64,000 nt of DNA. It comes from Waterburya sp. (lineage in GTDB: Bacteria > Cyanobacteriota > Cyanobacteriia > Cyanobacteriales > Xenococcaceae). The translations under genes and the position numbers were made by a program. The stretch covers positions 2,240,001 to 2,304,000 of the forward strand of contig CBDCJV010000002.1 of assembly GCA_965217895.1 (NCBI GenBank), read 5' to 3'. The stretch's first letter is position 1; every line of letters starts with the position of its first letter. This document shows positions 51,942 through 62,385 of the stretch, one piece after another. The notes below the pieces were generated by a model that was not told where the DNA came from, did no database searches, and was given only the letters and a program-made list of their open reading frames with translations.

Positions 51942-52754
51942 CTATAAAAGTGAATCCATCAAAGTCATTATTTCAATACCAGCTTGAGACATTTCTGAGC
52001 TATTGTGTTGTAAATCAGCTTCAAGTAATCCTTTTAAAGCAATCAGTTTCATGCTGTTTTCGGCTAGAGTATTGGCGATCGCTTTTCCTGCCTTAATGTA
52101 TCCCACTGCACCTAAATCCATTAAAGCAGAACGACGTAATTGTAAATCATCCCCTTCTAAAGCTGCGATTAAAATTGCGCCATATCGATCTTCTTTAGTT
52201 AACTGATACATCGCTCTTGCAGCAGCGTACTTTACTTTGTCCGTTGTATGACCTGTAAACGGCTCAATTAGCGCAATGGCTTCCGTAGCCCCTAATGTTC
52301 CTAATGCCTCAATTACTGCTTCGTAAGGCTGCACTAGATGCGGTTTCCCAGCTACTCTAGTAGCTGCTGCTACTCCTCCCCTTAATAGCTTCATCAAACC
52401 CCGAATACAACTTTTGTCACCTAACATCTCTAAAGCTTGAGCAGCAGCTTCTCTGACGTAAAAATCAGGAAACTCCAAACAGCGAGTTAATGGCTCGACT
52501 GCTCTGCGATCGCCTAATTTTCCTAACGCTCTAGCAGCATTACGGCGCAAAGGATAACCGCCATCAGGAGCGCGATCTTGTTCATCCTCTAATGCCATTA
52601 ATAAAGTAGCGATCGCTTCAGGCTGCTTGATGCGAAATTTTCCTAACCACCAAGCAGCATAATAGCGTGCGCCTAAATCTTCTTTTTGCTTCAGGTTGGC
52701 GATCGCTTTTTCTACCGTTAACTGCTCTGCTTCATTCCTTTCTTCATCCCGCAT
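51942..52754 (-). CDS. cpcE: Phycocyanin alpha-subunit phycocyanobilin lyase, CpcE subunit
   Basis: RYYAAWWLG, GGYPLRRNAARALGKLG, HEAT-like repeats, LRRSALMDLGA, MDSLL; directly after cpcA. Confidence 0.92.
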   Translation of the reverse strand: MRDEERNEAEQLTVEKAIANLKQKEDLGARYYAAWWLGKFRIKQPEAIATLLMALEDEQDRAPDGGYPLRRNAARALGKLGDRRAVEPLTRCLEFPDFYVREAAAQALEMLGDKSCIRGLMKLLRGGVAAATRVAGKPHLVQPYEAVIEALGTLGATEAIALIEPFTGHTTDKVKYAAARAMYQLTKEDRYGAILIAALEGDDLQLRRSALMDLGAVGYIKAGKAIANTLAENSMKLIALKGLLEADLQHNSSEMSQAGIEIMTLMDSLL

Positions 52755-52785
52755 CCCGCATTCCTCATCCTTTTAAAACGACAAT

Positions 52786-52844
52786 ACTCAGAGAAGTAAA
52801 CAAATACTAGCTATGGTGCTGGCATTCGCATACTCTTCTGAGTA
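52786..52844 (-). terminator. Stem-loop between cpcA and cpcE
   Basis: TACTCAGA...TCTGAGTA inverted repeat. Confidence 0.45.
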
Positions 52845-52935
52845 ATGCTTTGTTAATCAAGTATCTTGATTTTATATATTACCTATCTTTCTTAGATAGA
52901 TTGTACGACCCGTAACTAAAACCAACCAAAGGTTA

Positions 52936-53424
52936 TTAGCTAAGTGCGTTGATTGCATAATCTAAGTAGCTGTTGGCTTCAGTAGCAGGATCGCCACTTA
53001 AACCGTGATTGCTCTTGATATATTTCAGAGCTTCGATATACCAGCTAGGAGATAGTTCGTAAGCGCGGTTAATTTCATCCAATCCAGCTACCAAATACTC
53101 ATCCATAGGACCTGTACCACCAGAAACCAAACAGTAAGTTACCATTCTTAGGTAGTAGCCAATGTCACGAGAACATTTAGCTTTACCAGTAGGGGTGGAG
53201 GCGTAGTTGGGTCCTTGAGTGCTAGTAGTGTAAGGAAACTTAGAATACACTGCGTTAGCTGCACCGTCGATTAAACTTTGAGAATTGCTAGTTAAAGCTT
53301 TAGCAGCTTCCAGTGAAGCACTAGCTTGGTTAAAACGACCAAAAGCAGTCTGAATTTCAGTGCTGCTCAAGAAACGACCCTGGGAATCAGCAGAGGATAC
53401 TGCTTCAGTTAGAGGAGTTTTCAT
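52936..53424 (-). CDS. cpcA: Phycocyanin alpha subunit
   Basis: [31 protein letters not shown], 162 aa. Confidence 0.97.
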   Translation of the reverse strand: MKTPLTEAVSSADSQGRFLSSTEIQTAFGRFNQASASLEAAKALTSNSQSLIDGAANAVYSKFPYTTSTQGPNYASTPTGKAKCSRDIGYYLRMVTYCLVSGGTGPMDEYLVAGLDEINRAYELSPSWYIEALKYIKSNHGLSGDPATEANSYLDYAINALS

Positions 53425-53512
53425 GATTGTGATGATTCTCTATAATTTTACTAATTTTTTCTAAACAACCAAAGCTTTGGTTGAGGTTGCCTAAACAGTT
53501 GCTCTGTTGGAA

Positions 53513-54031
53513 TTAACCTACTGAGGAAGCAGCGCGATCAAAGTAGCCAGCAATTTCAGAAGTAATTGCGCTACAGTCACCAGGAGTGATGCCATTAGTA
53601 TCTTTAACGATCGCCAAAGCAGCGTCTTTCATTTTTTGAACGCCAACAGCTACAGAAGCACCAGGAGTACCAAGCGCTAGGTAAGTTTCACGTAGTCCAT
53701 TAAGACAACGATCTTCTAGAACACTTGCGTCACCAGTGAAGATAGCGTAAGTGATGTAGCGTAAGATAATTTCCATGTCGCGCAAGCAAGCTGCGTTACG
53801 ACGACTTGTGTAAGCATTTCCACCAGGTGCAATTAATTGAGGCTGCTCGGCAAACAAAGCACGAGCTGCATTAGTAACAATAGCGGAAGCATTTCCAGTG
53901 ATGCGGTTTACAGAGTCCATGCGTTTGTTGCTGGCAGAAACCATGGCGCTGAGAGCGTCTAATTGGCTAGTGGATAGGAATTCACCACGAGCATCAGCTT
54001 GAGACACGACTCTAGTAAATGCGTCGAACAT
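53513..54031 (-). CDS. cpcB: Phycocyanin beta subunit
   Basis: [35 protein letters not shown], 172 aa. Confidence 0.97.
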   Translation of the reverse strand: MFDAFTRVVSQADARGEFLSTSQLDALSAMVSASNKRMDSVNRITGNASAIVTNAARALFAEQPQLIAPGGNAYTSRRNAACLRDMEIILRYITYAIFTGDASVLEDRCLNGLRETYLALGTPGASVAVGVQKMKDAALAIVKDTNGITPGDCSAITSEIAGYFDRAASSVG

Positions 54032-54502
54032 TATAATTAATCTCCTACTCGATTTAAATTTGGTTTAGTTGAACTTCAAAAAGAAATTTTAACTTAAAAC
54101 TACTTTCAGCTACTGATCGAAATCAGCTAGAAAAAAGTTTTTTTATCGCTGAAGGTGCTAAGTTACTATTCTCTACGTGCTTAGTAAAAGTTTCTTAAGC
54201 CACTAAATAAAACTTTACACTCTTAATAAAAAATTCTAAGAGAGATAGCTTGACAACGATCGCTCCTTAAGCTCTCGTCCATAAAGCATTTACCCCTCAG
54301 GTAACTTTTATACAACGATGATGAACCTTTATTTGTTACATCTTGTTAATTTTACCTAATTTAGCCACTTATGCTCAATCAAGGACTTTTTGAAAACAAC
54401 TTTTCTTATACCTTATTATCTTATTTTTCTGTAACCTAAAGCAATTTTCTGTAACTTTTATCAACAATTGTCAAATAGATAACCAAAACTGACTCATAGT
54501 CT

Positions 54503-55249
54503 TTAGCTAGCCAACGCTAGCTGGCGATCGAGATCGAAAAGAAAGCCATGAATATATTCTTCTGTCCATTCAGAGCCATATAAGCGAGTCAGCATTCCCC
54601 TTGCAGGGTCTTTTTCGGCTCGGTAATCAGCATAGCTTTTTTGAGCTTTTAAAATTGCTGCTAGCTTTTGTGGATCTTTTATCTCTTCAGCTTGTTCAAC
54701 AAAGTTAAGATAAGCATTAAAATAGTCGCTAAAAGCCTCAAATACTTTTGTTTTTACTACTTCTGTTTCTGTCGGACGAGTCCATAAAAACGCGGGAGAA
54801 AAATATTGTTGTGCTTCTGCGGGAAAGTCTCCACCCCAGGGTAAATCTTTTTGATAATTCTGGAACATCGGCATGATCGGTTCAGTGTATTTAGCCTGAT
54901 AAGATTTATCTTGACTAAATAAAGGCTGCATATCGATCGCAATTAAATGTCCTCCAGGCAAAGTAACTAAATCTGCACCAAAAAAAGGCAAATCATAATT
55001 GAGCTTCGGAAAGATAACAAAATTAAGTACCTGCAAAGAGCTTCCACCCTGAACATGAGCGGCTCTAATTTGTCTCAGTTTATCAGATTGAAAACCATAG
55101 CTGGTCGTTAAGACAGGCTCTTGTTTTTTGCCTTTCCCCATCACGCCTTCTTTGTTTTCAAAGCCAGAAGGTATGGGATAGGGTTCTAGGTTCAATTTTG
55201 CTTGTAAAGTGGCGATCGCCTGCTCGATAAAAGGCTGATATAAAGTCAT
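54503..55249 (-). CDS. pebB: Phycoerythrobilin:ferredoxin oxidoreductase
   Basis: [47 protein letters not shown]. Confidence 0.93.
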   Translation of the reverse strand: MTLYQPFIEQAIATLQAKLNLEPYPIPSGFENKEGVMGKGKKQEPVLTTSYGFQSDKLRQIRAAHVQGGSSLQVLNFVIFPKLNYDLPFFGADLVTLPGGHLIAIDMQPLFSQDKSYQAKYTEPIMPMFQNYQKDLPWGGDFPAEAQQYFSPAFLWTRPTETEVVKTKVFEAFSDYFNAYLNFVEQAEEIKDPQKLAAILKAQKSYADYRAEKDPARGMLTRLYGSEWTEEYIHGFLFDLDRQLALAS

Positions 55250-55294
55250 TTTTATTCATTTATCATTTGTCATTGACCATTAAACATTTGAAAT

Positions 55295-56029
55295 TCAACG
55301 TTTAGAAGTAGATACGGCTAGAGGAGAGGCATCTTCAAACAAGAATTCATACAAGAATTTTTCTGACCATTCTGCACCAAAATAACTGCTAAATAAGCCA
55401 TGAGCGGGATCGCGTTCGGCACTATATTGATCGTAGTGTTTTTGGGCTTCGACAATGCGCTGAATGTCTTCTGGATTAGTTAGAGGTTCAGCATTAGCTA
55501 GCATCTGCCAATATAAATCAAGATATTCTTGAAAAGCAGGAAATAGTCGATTGACTACGGTTTCTGAGTCGAGTTTAGCAAACAGCAAGTATTTAGAAAA
55601 ATATTGATTAGCGTCGTAGAACTTCATTTCTAGATTCTGCGCCAATTCATTGTATTTATCCCGAATATCTCGCATCGGCTCAATGTATTTGTCAATATAG
55701 GCGCGATCGCGAAATAATGGTTGAAAGTCCATCACTACCAATATTTTTTTCTTGCCAAAGGAAAGAAAATCGACCCCTAACAAGGGAATGTCGTAATGAT
55801 GAGCAGGATAAACAACGCTGTTAAATACTTGAGCAGTTTCGCCTGCATCTATATAGGAATAGCGTATCTTCCTTAATTGTTCAGATTGATAACACCAACT
55901 TTGAATAGTGGCGGGGTTTTTGCCTCGTTCACTGACGTTCCATTCCAATCCTGCGGGAATAGGACGACTACGTAAATCGAAGCGTTTAAAAAGTTCTTCT
56001 TCTAAATATTCGTTAAAGGGCGCGAACAT
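55295..56029 (-). CDS. pebA: 15,16-dihydrobiliverdin:ferredoxin oxidoreductase
   Basis: RKIRYSYIDAG, PLLGVDFLSFG, KFYDANQYFS, YSAERDPAHGLF; ATG at 56029 preferred. Confidence 0.93.
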   Translation of the reverse strand: MFAPFNEYLEEELFKRFDLRSRPIPAGLEWNVSERGKNPATIQSWCYQSEQLRKIRYSYIDAGETAQVFNSVVYPAHHYDIPLLGVDFLSFGKKKILVVMDFQPLFRDRAYIDKYIEPMRDIRDKYNELAQNLEMKFYDANQYFSKYLLFAKLDSETVVNRLFPAFQEYLDLYWQMLANAEPLTNPEDIQRIVEAQKHYDQYSAERDPAHGLFSSYFGAEWSEKFLYEFLFEDASPLAVSTSKR

Positions 56030-56181
56030 ATAATTATTGCTATATACAGTATGCCTCGTTACCAGAATAAAAAAGCTTCTGGATGTAAGTCTCTTTTTCT
56101 GAGAACAATGCAACAAAGCTTAATGAATATACGAGTTAATTATCTAGTATTTCATTTGGAGGCTAACTATACTATCACTAT

Positions 56182-56616
56182 TCAATCATTTAAAATATCT
56201 TCTAAGCGGTATTTTCTATCTAAAGGAAAGCGATTGTCTTTAATACTACTTTTAGTTTTTTTGATTGCAGCTTTACGTGATTGATCGTATAAAAAATCTA
56301 GGCGTTCCTGAAGATGATTAAGTAAATTAGTTGTTAATTTGTTATTTAACTGTAGGCGAAACCCTGTAATTTCTGATTCCCAATGATCTCGCGTCCATTC
56401 AGCCTGCTCGCGCCAATAATCGACTAGTAAAAGATGAAGCATGATCAGGTATGCAAACTGTTCTACCGATGATTTTTCACCTCTTACCAACGCTTCTAAC
56501 TCCCCAATTAAGTTATTCACATCTAAATTCTCAAAATCTCTTTGGCGCAGTATTTCCGCCTGTTCTAGCAACCATGAATCATATTCTTGCTCAATATCAC
56601 TTTTGTTTTGTAACAT
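56182..56616 (-). CDS. DUF29 family protein
   Basis: EYDSWLLEQAEILR..F..LD..NLI.ELE, LMLHLL, W..EI..FR. Confidence 0.85.
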   Translation of the reverse strand: MLQNKSDIEQEYDSWLLEQAEILRQRDFENLDVNNLIGELEALVRGEKSSVEQFAYLIMLHLLLVDYWREQAEWTRDHWESEITGFRLQLNNKLTTNLLNHLQERLDFLYDQSRKAAIKKTKSSIKDNRFPLDRKYRLEDILND

Positions 56617-56734
56617 TTTGAGGATATTTATTTTTTATCAAGATATAAATATTCTAATATTAGTTTTAGTTGAGGCGGTTTTAAGCTCATTGATATTTAT
56701 TTTGCGATCGCCAATATTATTTCCAGACATATCA

Positions 56735-56991
56735 TACGCTTTGTGTGAATTAGCTTCGTTCAAATAAACTTGTACGTAGCTCTTAGCTATTAGCTATCAG
56801 CTCTTAGCTTTTAGAACAAACACAAGATAACTAAATTACTTTTTATTCTTTCTTTAGCTGTAATCAAGGATAAAAATCCAGCATTTCTGTAATTTGGTTT
56901 GGGTACAAGTTCATTTATTTTATAGCACTTATGGCTTATGGCTTACGGCTAAAAAATGAATCGCTCTGATTTTTAATTCACACTAGACGTA
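56735..56991. mobile_element. MITE-like element, TACGCT..GTGTGAATTA family (copy 2), with heptamer repeats
   Basis: TACGCTTTGTGTGAATTA ... TAATTCACACTAGACGTA; TATCA on both flanks. Confidence 0.65.
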
Positions 56992-57323
56992 TATCATATA
57001 TATCAACAGGAAAGATCTAGAAATTAGTACTTGCTTTTAGTTAACTGTCTCAGCGCGCCACGAAAAATTTCAGAGCAGCTTACAGCAATAATCAAAAAAC
57101 GATAGTGCAAAAAGGCAGAATTTATTTACTTAAATTTATCCGACTGACCATCAATAATTTAAAAACAAGCAACAATCATGTTGCGATAATGTTACTTTGT
57201 TTATGGTTCAATTTAATGTCAGACAAAACACAAAATATAGTAGTTGAAGCAAAGGTTGCCATACAATCTACAGAGATATTTTTCAAACAAATAAAATATC
57301 CCCATAGCCTTAAATTAGATCGT

Positions 57324-57857
57324 TTACGCTGCTTGATTGCTATTAACAAGCTTGCGAGCAGCTATTTTATTGCGTAAGCGAGAAGCTCCAAACATTCCAG
57401 CTAGGATTAAGATTCCCAGATCAGGAGCAACACCGAAAGGAACGGGAGTCGCTCCTCCTCCTGTCACCAATGGAGAAAAGGTTAGGTCAGAGCCACTTGA
57501 ACTTCCAGAAGAACCAAAACCATTGAAACTTCCAGCGGTGGTACTGCCATTTAAAAATAAATTACCTGACGTATTTGAACTGTTGTAATTGACATTAGTA
57601 ATGTTTCCCCCAGTTACGTTAAAAGAATTGGGATTAGCAGTATTAAAGGTAACGTTATCAGGTGAATTGAGAGATACGGATGATGCGGGTTGGTTGCTGG
57701 TATTATTATTCAAACCAAAAATAGTTCCCGATACAGGAATTCCAGAGTTATTGAAAGAAAAATTGAAATCTAAGGCACTGGCACTTTTAGCAAACATGGT
57801 TGACGATAGAAGAGCAGCTATAGTTATACCTGCTACTTGAATATATTTATTGAGCAT
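57324..57857 (-). CDS. Secreted N/S/G-rich protein with a PEP-CTERM-like (VPFG) sorting tail
   Basis: Signal peptide (SASA), DFNFSF start, GGGATPVPFG-TM helix-basic tail. Confidence 0.8.
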   Translation of the reverse strand: MLNKYIQVAGITIAALLSSTMFAKSASALDFNFSFNNSGIPVSGTIFGLNNNTSNQPASSVSLNSPDNVTFNTANPNSFNVTGGNITNVNYNSSNTSGNLFLNGSTTAGSFNGFGSSGSSSGSDLTFSPLVTGGGATPVPFGVAPDLGILILAGMFGASRLRNKIAARKLVNSNQAA

Positions 57858-58148
57858 AAATAGAAAATATAAAGTACATATAAAGGCTATCTTTTTTATC
57901 TAATAATGACTTCAGTGAGATCTCTGTTTTTCCTTTCAGTATATTCTCGCATTGTCATATTTTCTTTAAGTTTATTCCACCAGATTTATTTCACGAAATA
58001 GCCTATTCATAATCTGACACAAGAGAGATAGTCGTCGGTTTTCTGATGATTTAAAACTTAAGGCAATTTCATATCAAAACTGATTGCCGTTAATAGTTTT
58101 CTAAGTTATAAAAAAACATAACTATCTCCTAGCAACAGCTAAATTTGT

Positions 58149-58916
58149 ATGCTGAAATATCGTCTTAGGCGACTACGTAAAAGTCTTCAATCTAACTCTC
58201 GATCTGATCTTAGCCATAAAAGAATTAATATAATAGTCGAACAAAGATCTACACACATTATTAATTTAGTCGGCTACGTTATGTTATTCTTAGTATTGTT
58301 AGATTACGGCTTTTTATTAGCCTCTAAACAAGTTTTTGAGCCTATTTTTGCCTACAATACAGGAGGTAACTTGGTTGAGAACGTTTGGGGTCTCTTTTTG
58401 GGATTTTTACTCATCTTTTATCGTCGCGACCAAGATTTGATTAAACCAACTGAATTTAGGCTGTTATCTTTTTTGTCGTGGTTTGTTTTAGTTATTGGTA
58501 TTAGTTACTTTTTAATCATTCCTATAATTGTCGGTAATGCCGTTCGCATTCATCGCGTAGAGCAAGCTCAAATGATGAATCAAGTTGATGTACAAAACTC
58601 TCAGGTTCAACAGTATTCTCAACAACTTAACCAAGCTGGCCCAGAACAACTCGATAATTTATTGCAAAACTACCAACAAACTACTGATATTAAAGTTACT
58701 TCAGTACAGCAATTAAAAAGTAACTTGATAGATCAAGCTAAACAAAAACAAGCAGCAGCAAAACAAGAACTTCTAACTAAATTTAGTCAGCAAAAAGCTA
58801 GTCTTTTTAAGACTACGGTGAAGTGGTCAATTGGAGCAATTATTTCTGGTGTATGCTTTATTTTGATTTGGAAACATACAAACTGGACAAGAGGAAAAAG
58901 CAAAATATTAAACTAA
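58149..58916 (+). CDS. HpsJ-like membrane protein (cyanoexosortase A-associated)
   Basis: VGYVML..LLDY, TM helices, Q-rich coiled coil, KWSIGAIISG. Confidence 0.7.
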   Translation: MLKYRLRRLRKSLQSNSRSDLSHKRINIIVEQRSTHIINLVGYVMLFLVLLDYGFLLASKQVFEPIFAYNTGGNLVENVWGLFLGFLLIFYRRDQDLIKPTEFRLLSFLSWFVLVIGISYFLIIPIIVGNAVRIHRVEQAQMMNQVDVQNSQVQQYSQQLNQAGPEQLDNLLQNYQQTTDIKVTSVQQLKSNLIDQAKQKQAAAKQELLTKFSQQKASLFKTTVKWSIGAIISGVCFILIWKHTNWTRGKSKILN

Positions 58917-58918
58917 AA

Positions 58919-59758
58919 ATGATTCAGTTAAAAAATAAGCTTAGTTTTGATGACCATCGTTTTTGGCTCTTAATTATTGCTGGTTTATTAATCGCCTTCA
59001 ATTTATGTTTGGTAGATCATAGTTCGGTGTATTTACTGTTTTGGTGTGCAGCACTATCGATTACCTGGCGCAGAAGAAATAGGCTGAATTTTGAAAGTGA
59101 CTTTATTTCTACAGCTATTGGTTTGAGTTTAATTACCTGGCTGCTATTTCGAGGAGTTGTCAACAATCATTCAATTGATGTTATTACGCGAATGTATCCT
59201 ATATTCTCAGCTGTAGCAATATATCTAGTCGCATCTAAAGCTAGCAAAATAAGTCAGTACTGGCGAGAAATTGTTATTATCAGCCTAACTGGTATTCCCT
59301 GGGAGCATATAGCTGCGGTATTATCCCCAATAAACAAAATTTCTATCCTTGATGCAAAGATTTCTTGGCTAATACTATGGTATCTCGGCTTTGATGTATC
59401 TCAAACCGATAACTTAGTTATTTTACCCACAGGAGCAATCAAAATTGCTGGAGGTTGTTCCAGCTTTAATTTATTGGGATTGCTATGGCAATCATGTTTG
59501 GTAATGTGCCTCTACTTTACAATTCAGAAAAACCAGCAATTATTGCTGTATTTATGCTCTACCTTAATTGCTTTAGGAGTTAATGGAATGCGTCTTTGTT
59601 TGATGGCTCTTTTAGTAGCTAGCAATCATAAATCAGCTTTTCATTATTGGCATGGTAGCGCAGGGGCAGAAATTTTTACGACACTGGCAATTTTATTATT
59701 AGCTTTGGTTTATTGGTTGCTAATTAAAAGAAAAAGGGAAGCTGTAAACGAAATATGA
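58919..59758 (+). CDS. Cyanoexosortase A-like transpeptidase
   Basis: Multi-TM; candidate catalytic triad in GCS (Cys), NGMR (Arg), FHYWHG..G (His); ATG at 58919. Confidence 0.85.
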   Translation: MIQLKNKLSFDDHRFWLLIIAGLLIAFNLCLVDHSSVYLLFWCAALSITWRRRNRLNFESDFISTAIGLSLITWLLFRGVVNNHSIDVITRMYPIFSAVAIYLVASKASKISQYWREIVIISLTGIPWEHIAAVLSPINKISILDAKISWLILWYLGFDVSQTDNLVILPTGAIKIAGGCSSFNLLGLLWQSCLVMCLYFTIQKNQQLLLYLCSTLIALGVNGMRLCLMALLVASNHKSAFHYWHGSAGAEIFTTLAILLLALVYWLLIKRKREAVNEI

Positions 59759-60375
59759 TTCAATTAAATTGGCAAAAGTCACGACTGTTGATATTGGGTA
59801 GCTATAGTTTTGCTATTTTGGTATCAGCGGTATTTGTCTTAACTAAACCCAATCAGAATAAATTTCCTAAAAGTATTGTCTTAGATCGTTGGGAGACAAT
59901 TAAAACAGATAAATTTAATGATGAATCTAAATTGACTGAAGGGAGAAAATATAAGGAAGAGAAACACAATTTGGGGATGGAGATATATTTTATTCCTAAT
60001 AGTCAGGGAGAAACTTTAAGCTTGATGAATCAGTATCTAGAATTGCAGCTAAAGCCTGAAGATATAGCAGTCAAGTCAGACAGTCAGATTGGCTCTTATG
60101 GTTTGCTGAATAAAAACAATCAGACTTATCTTGATACCTGTATACATTCTAGTGGAAAAACAGCCTTTACTCCTCAACAGTTTAGTCAATTAGCCAACAA
60201 TAATCTTTCTTCTCGTCTACTACCTTGGATTTTCGGCTTATCGGATTTAAGAGACTGGAGTTGTTTGTGGGTAAATATGTCTGTTTCAACGGACGATATC
60301 ACGAAAGAGGAAGCTGCTGAATTGTTAAAGCGAAAGTTGTTTACTTTATTGAGTGAAGCTAAGTTTGATAAGTAG
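59755..60375 (+). CDS. Cyanoexosortase A system-associated protein
   Basis: TM anchor, GSYG, YLDTCI..G..FT..QF, LRDWSCLW; overlaps the exosortase stop. Confidence 0.78.
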   Translation: MIQLNWQKSRLLILGSYSFAILVSAVFVLTKPNQNKFPKSIVLDRWETIKTDKFNDESKLTEGRKYKEEKHNLGMEIYFIPNSQGETLSLMNQYLELQLKPEDIAVKSDSQIGSYGLLNKNNQTYLDTCIHSSGKTAFTPQQFSQLANNNLSSRLLPWIFGLSDLRDWSCLWVNMSVSTDDITKEEAAELLKRKLFTLLSEAKFDK

Positions 60376-60438
60376 CTGGCTAAAATTAAATACGCTGATG
60401 TGAATTTGATTTTAGCCAGGAACCACAGATTGAAAAAT

Positions 60439-62163
60439 TTAAAAAGTAAAAGTAGTGCGTAAAGTACCAATAACGATATCATTATTTTGGCTGTCATGAT
60501 CGGGAGCAGTGATCCAGACTGCACCAGGAGTAACCGCAATGTTATCTGTTAGCTGATACTGGTAAAAAGCCTCAACGTGCAAGGAAGTGTCGGAATCGGT
60601 ATTTTCGGCTACGCCTGCAATATTGATATTAGAACCTGTAACTCTAGGTTCCATACCAAAGACAATCCCACCCAAACTGCCCTCTTTGAGAAGATCGGGT
60701 AAAGCAAGACTAACTGCCCAATTCCAAACATCTTGATCGCCACGACTGATTATAGTTGCACCATTTCTGACAACAGATTCAAGAACGCGATTGGTAGTAT
60801 AGCCACCCCAGCCAGCAATAATAAAGCGATCGCTGATGTTAAAAGAAGCTTCTACACCATAAGAATTACTGGTAATAGGTACAGTTTCACCTACCGTAGC
60901 TTGGGTAAAGGAATTAAAGTTAGATAGATTACTACCGCTAAAGTTATCACTGCTATTGTAAGAATTAACGTAGGTTAGACCCAATTTAAAGCGATCGCCT
61001 GGCTTAAAGACAACTTGTCCTAGTGCAGAATATGCCCCGTTAAACAAACCATTGCCAGAAGTAGGATCGGCTGCATTAGGAGACAAATATCCTGCACTGA
61101 GTTCAAAGCTATCGCTCAGTTCACTTTTAATACCAATTCCCGAACCAGAAACCTGATTATAAATAGGGTTGCGTACCCCAAAAGCCGAAATAGCACCACT
61201 AGCACTATCGTTAAATCGATCGAGAGGACTAATAGTATCGGCAAAGTCAAAAGCAATCCCGCCAAAACCTTCTAAAACGACGGTAGTGCGATCGCTAAGT
61301 GGAAAAGCATAAAGGGCAACCAACAGGTTCAAATCGTTACCATTATTGGCAATCAAGCCCAGATCTCCTTCAAAAGTTCCTGTCTGTTCACTATAAAAGG
61401 GAAAGTTACCAGCCGTAAGCTGGGTAAGTAGTAAATCTTTACCTGTAAAACTGGTATTGAAGGCTAAACGCGCCCTATCACCAAGAACAGGTTGACTATC
61501 GATTTTTTCACCAGAAGCATTATCCCCAGTAAATATATCACCAACGCTAAATACTACTTCTCCCGCTAATTTAGTTGTGGCAGAAAACTGCCGATCTTCT
61601 AACACAGCCGTACGCTCTTCTACCGTATCAAGTCGCCCTTTTAAAGTTGCTAATTCTGCTTCAAACTCTTGTTGAAGACGATTAATAGTATCTAGGTCTT
61701 CTTGACTAACCGATCCTTGAGAAGCGATTAAACGCTCAATTTGATTTAGACAAGAGTTCAAACCTGCTGCAAATTCATAACGAGTCAAAGATTGATTACC
61801 GCGAAATGTTTGATTAGGGTAGCCAACAATACAACCATAGCGATCTACCAAACTACGAAGTGCCTCGTAACTCCAATCAGTGGGAGAAACATCTCTTAGC
61901 TGATTAATATTAGTAACTTGCCCTAAAGCATCATCTCGTTCGGGAATAGAATAGCGATTGATTTGCTCTAGCAAACTATTCTCTGATAATGATTCTGTCG
62001 TTTGCGAGTATGCTGTGGTTGCTGTCCAATTTAGCAGCAACGCCATCGAACCCAAAGTTAAACCAGTATTAATACTTAGAGTTAGTAATTTATAATTTCT
62101 CTGGAAATGATCCTCTCTGTTATCTAGTAAATCTTTATCTCTAATGAGATTAACTGCTGTCAT
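60439..62163 (-). CDS. SLH-domain outer membrane porin (SomA / iron-uptake porin / OprB type)
   Basis: QLRDVSPTDWSYEAL, YGCIVGYP, TRYEFAAGLNSCL, FSATTKLAGEV, terminal LRTTFTF; GAGGAG RBS before ATG 62163. Confidence 0.92.
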   Translation of the reverse strand: MTAVNLIRDKDLLDNREDHFQRNYKLLTLSINTGLTLGSMALLLNWTATTAYSQTTESLSENSLLEQINRYSIPERDDALGQVTNINQLRDVSPTDWSYEALRSLVDRYGCIVGYPNQTFRGNQSLTRYEFAAGLNSCLNQIERLIASQGSVSQEDLDTINRLQQEFEAELATLKGRLDTVEERTAVLEDRQFSATTKLAGEVVFSVGDIFTGDNASGEKIDSQPVLGDRARLAFNTSFTGKDLLLTQLTAGNFPFYSEQTGTFEGDLGLIANNGNDLNLLVALYAFPLSDRTTVVLEGFGGIAFDFADTISPLDRFNDSASGAISAFGVRNPIYNQVSGSGIGIKSELSDSFELSAGYLSPNAADPTSGNGLFNGAYSALGQVVFKPGDRFKLGLTYVNSYNSSDNFSGSNLSNFNSFTQATVGETVPITSNSYGVEASFNISDRFIIAGWGGYTTNRVLESVVRNGATIISRGDQDVWNWAVSLALPDLLKEGSLGGIVFGMEPRVTGSNINIAGVAENTDSDTSLHVEAFYQYQLTDNIAVTPGAVWITAPDHDSQNNDIVIGTLRTTFTF

Positions 62164-62385
62164 TTTCTCCTCACTCAAGCTTACAACAAGCTATAAAACC
62201 GCTAATCCATAATTCCCGTTTTTGCCAAAAAAGGAACATTTTCTAGATAAAAAAACTTAGATTAGAATCAAATAGCCTGTAAATAAACGCTTTTGCTCTC
62301 AGTAATACTTAGGATTGAGCTTGGAGATAAACTTGACTAATTAAGTAACTTTACTTACTTTTATGGCGATCGATAACAATTGAAT

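Noticed and set aside
54335..54352. HLR1-like repeat upstream of cpcB
   Set aside because: The second half-site is weak and the region is AT-rich, so it cannot be separated from chance.
57105..57377. 90-aa plus-strand ORF
   Set aside because: GTG start, overlaps the 3' end of the VPFG-CTERM gene, and has no motif.
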